A DNA stretch of 22,710 nt from a virus. This document shows, in pieces, positions 22,537 to 22,710 of the stretch. The notes under the pieces were generated by a model. The model had not been told where the DNA came from, did no database searches, and saw nothing but the letters and a program-made list of their open reading frames with translations. Location: IMG/VR virus record IMGVR_UViG_3300021500_000037. One strand, 5' to 3'. Every line of letters starts with the position of its first letter. Position 1 is the first letter of the stretch. Both the position numbers and the translations under genes were made by a program.

Positions 22537-22710
22537 TCACCTCACCAGTTGCCTCACGTCGTCGTACCCCTTCTCTCGTGCGGCTGCCTTAAGTTCTGCG
22601 AGTTCCTGTCGCAATGTCCTCAATTCTTCCATCACGTCAGCCCCCACCGGTTGTTCGAGTATCTGCACGTCTCTCTCGATCTCACCGTATCTTTTCGTGT
22701 ATTCTTTCGG
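22537..22710 (-). CDS. 3' end of a gene entering from the right; possibly the tail of a tyrosine recombinase
   Basis: Open frame PKEYTKRYGEIERDVQILEQPVGADVMEELRTLRQELAELKAAAREKGYDDVRQLVR*. Pattern P-x-E-x4-Y-x3-E-x4-ILE plus coiled coil recalls archaeal integrase tails; catalytic residues not in the window. Confidence 0.3.
   Translation of the reverse strand, partial: PKEYTKRYGEIERDVQILEQPVGADVMEELRTLRQELAELKAAAREKGYDDVRQLVR

Larger units (their letters stand above)
1..22710. mobile_element. Segment of an archaeal virus/provirus or plasmid-like element (boundaries not in view)
   Basis: Own replication genes (primase-SF3 helicase, PCNA, RFC-S-like, MCM-like), an orphan MTase, many short tightly coupled hypothetical ORFs, tRNAs without rRNA or housekeeping context. 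No structural virion genes seen. Confidence 0.85.

Noticed and set aside
1-22710. Impression of frequent GATC/ATCGAT sites as the MTase target
   Set aside because: A spot count in the first kilobase was near expectation; it needs a proper k-mer test and methylome data.
1-22710. Firm classification as a virus or a named family
   Set aside because: No capsid, portal, terminase or tail genes in the window, and no database search was possible.

Overview
The whole window looks like part of an archaeal mobile element (virus, provirus or large plasmid). Evidence: archaeal-type PCNA, RFC and MCM homologs, an archaeal initiator tRNA, BRE/TATA promoters and GAGGT-type Shine-Dalgarno sites. A Methanosarcinia/Methanophagales-like host is an inference. 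No capsid, terminase or portal gene is visible, so virus versus plasmid cannot be decided. Left to right: modular direct repeats; a 1016-aa DnaG-type primase fused to a D5/SF3 helicase (phage P4 alpha-like architecture); a lone GT2 glycosyltransferase; two tandem JAB/JAMM paralogs plus a hypothetical gene; a + strand operon (RHH-like regulator, PCNA, PD-(D/E)XK nuclease, possible annealing protein, lipoprotein with a PEF-CTERM-like tail, small membrane proteins, tRNA-iMet); a - strand block (MCM-like ATPase without its N-domain, RFC small subunit without its collar, MTase-Mrr fusion); about 6.5 kb of small genes punctuated by repeated T-tract/hairpin/SD elements, with chimeric and mini genes and an acidic Ocr-like candidate; a repeat-rich non-coding origin candidate; tRNA-Asn; and the 3' end of a possible tyrosine recombinase. 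All calls come from motif reading by eye; no searches were run.
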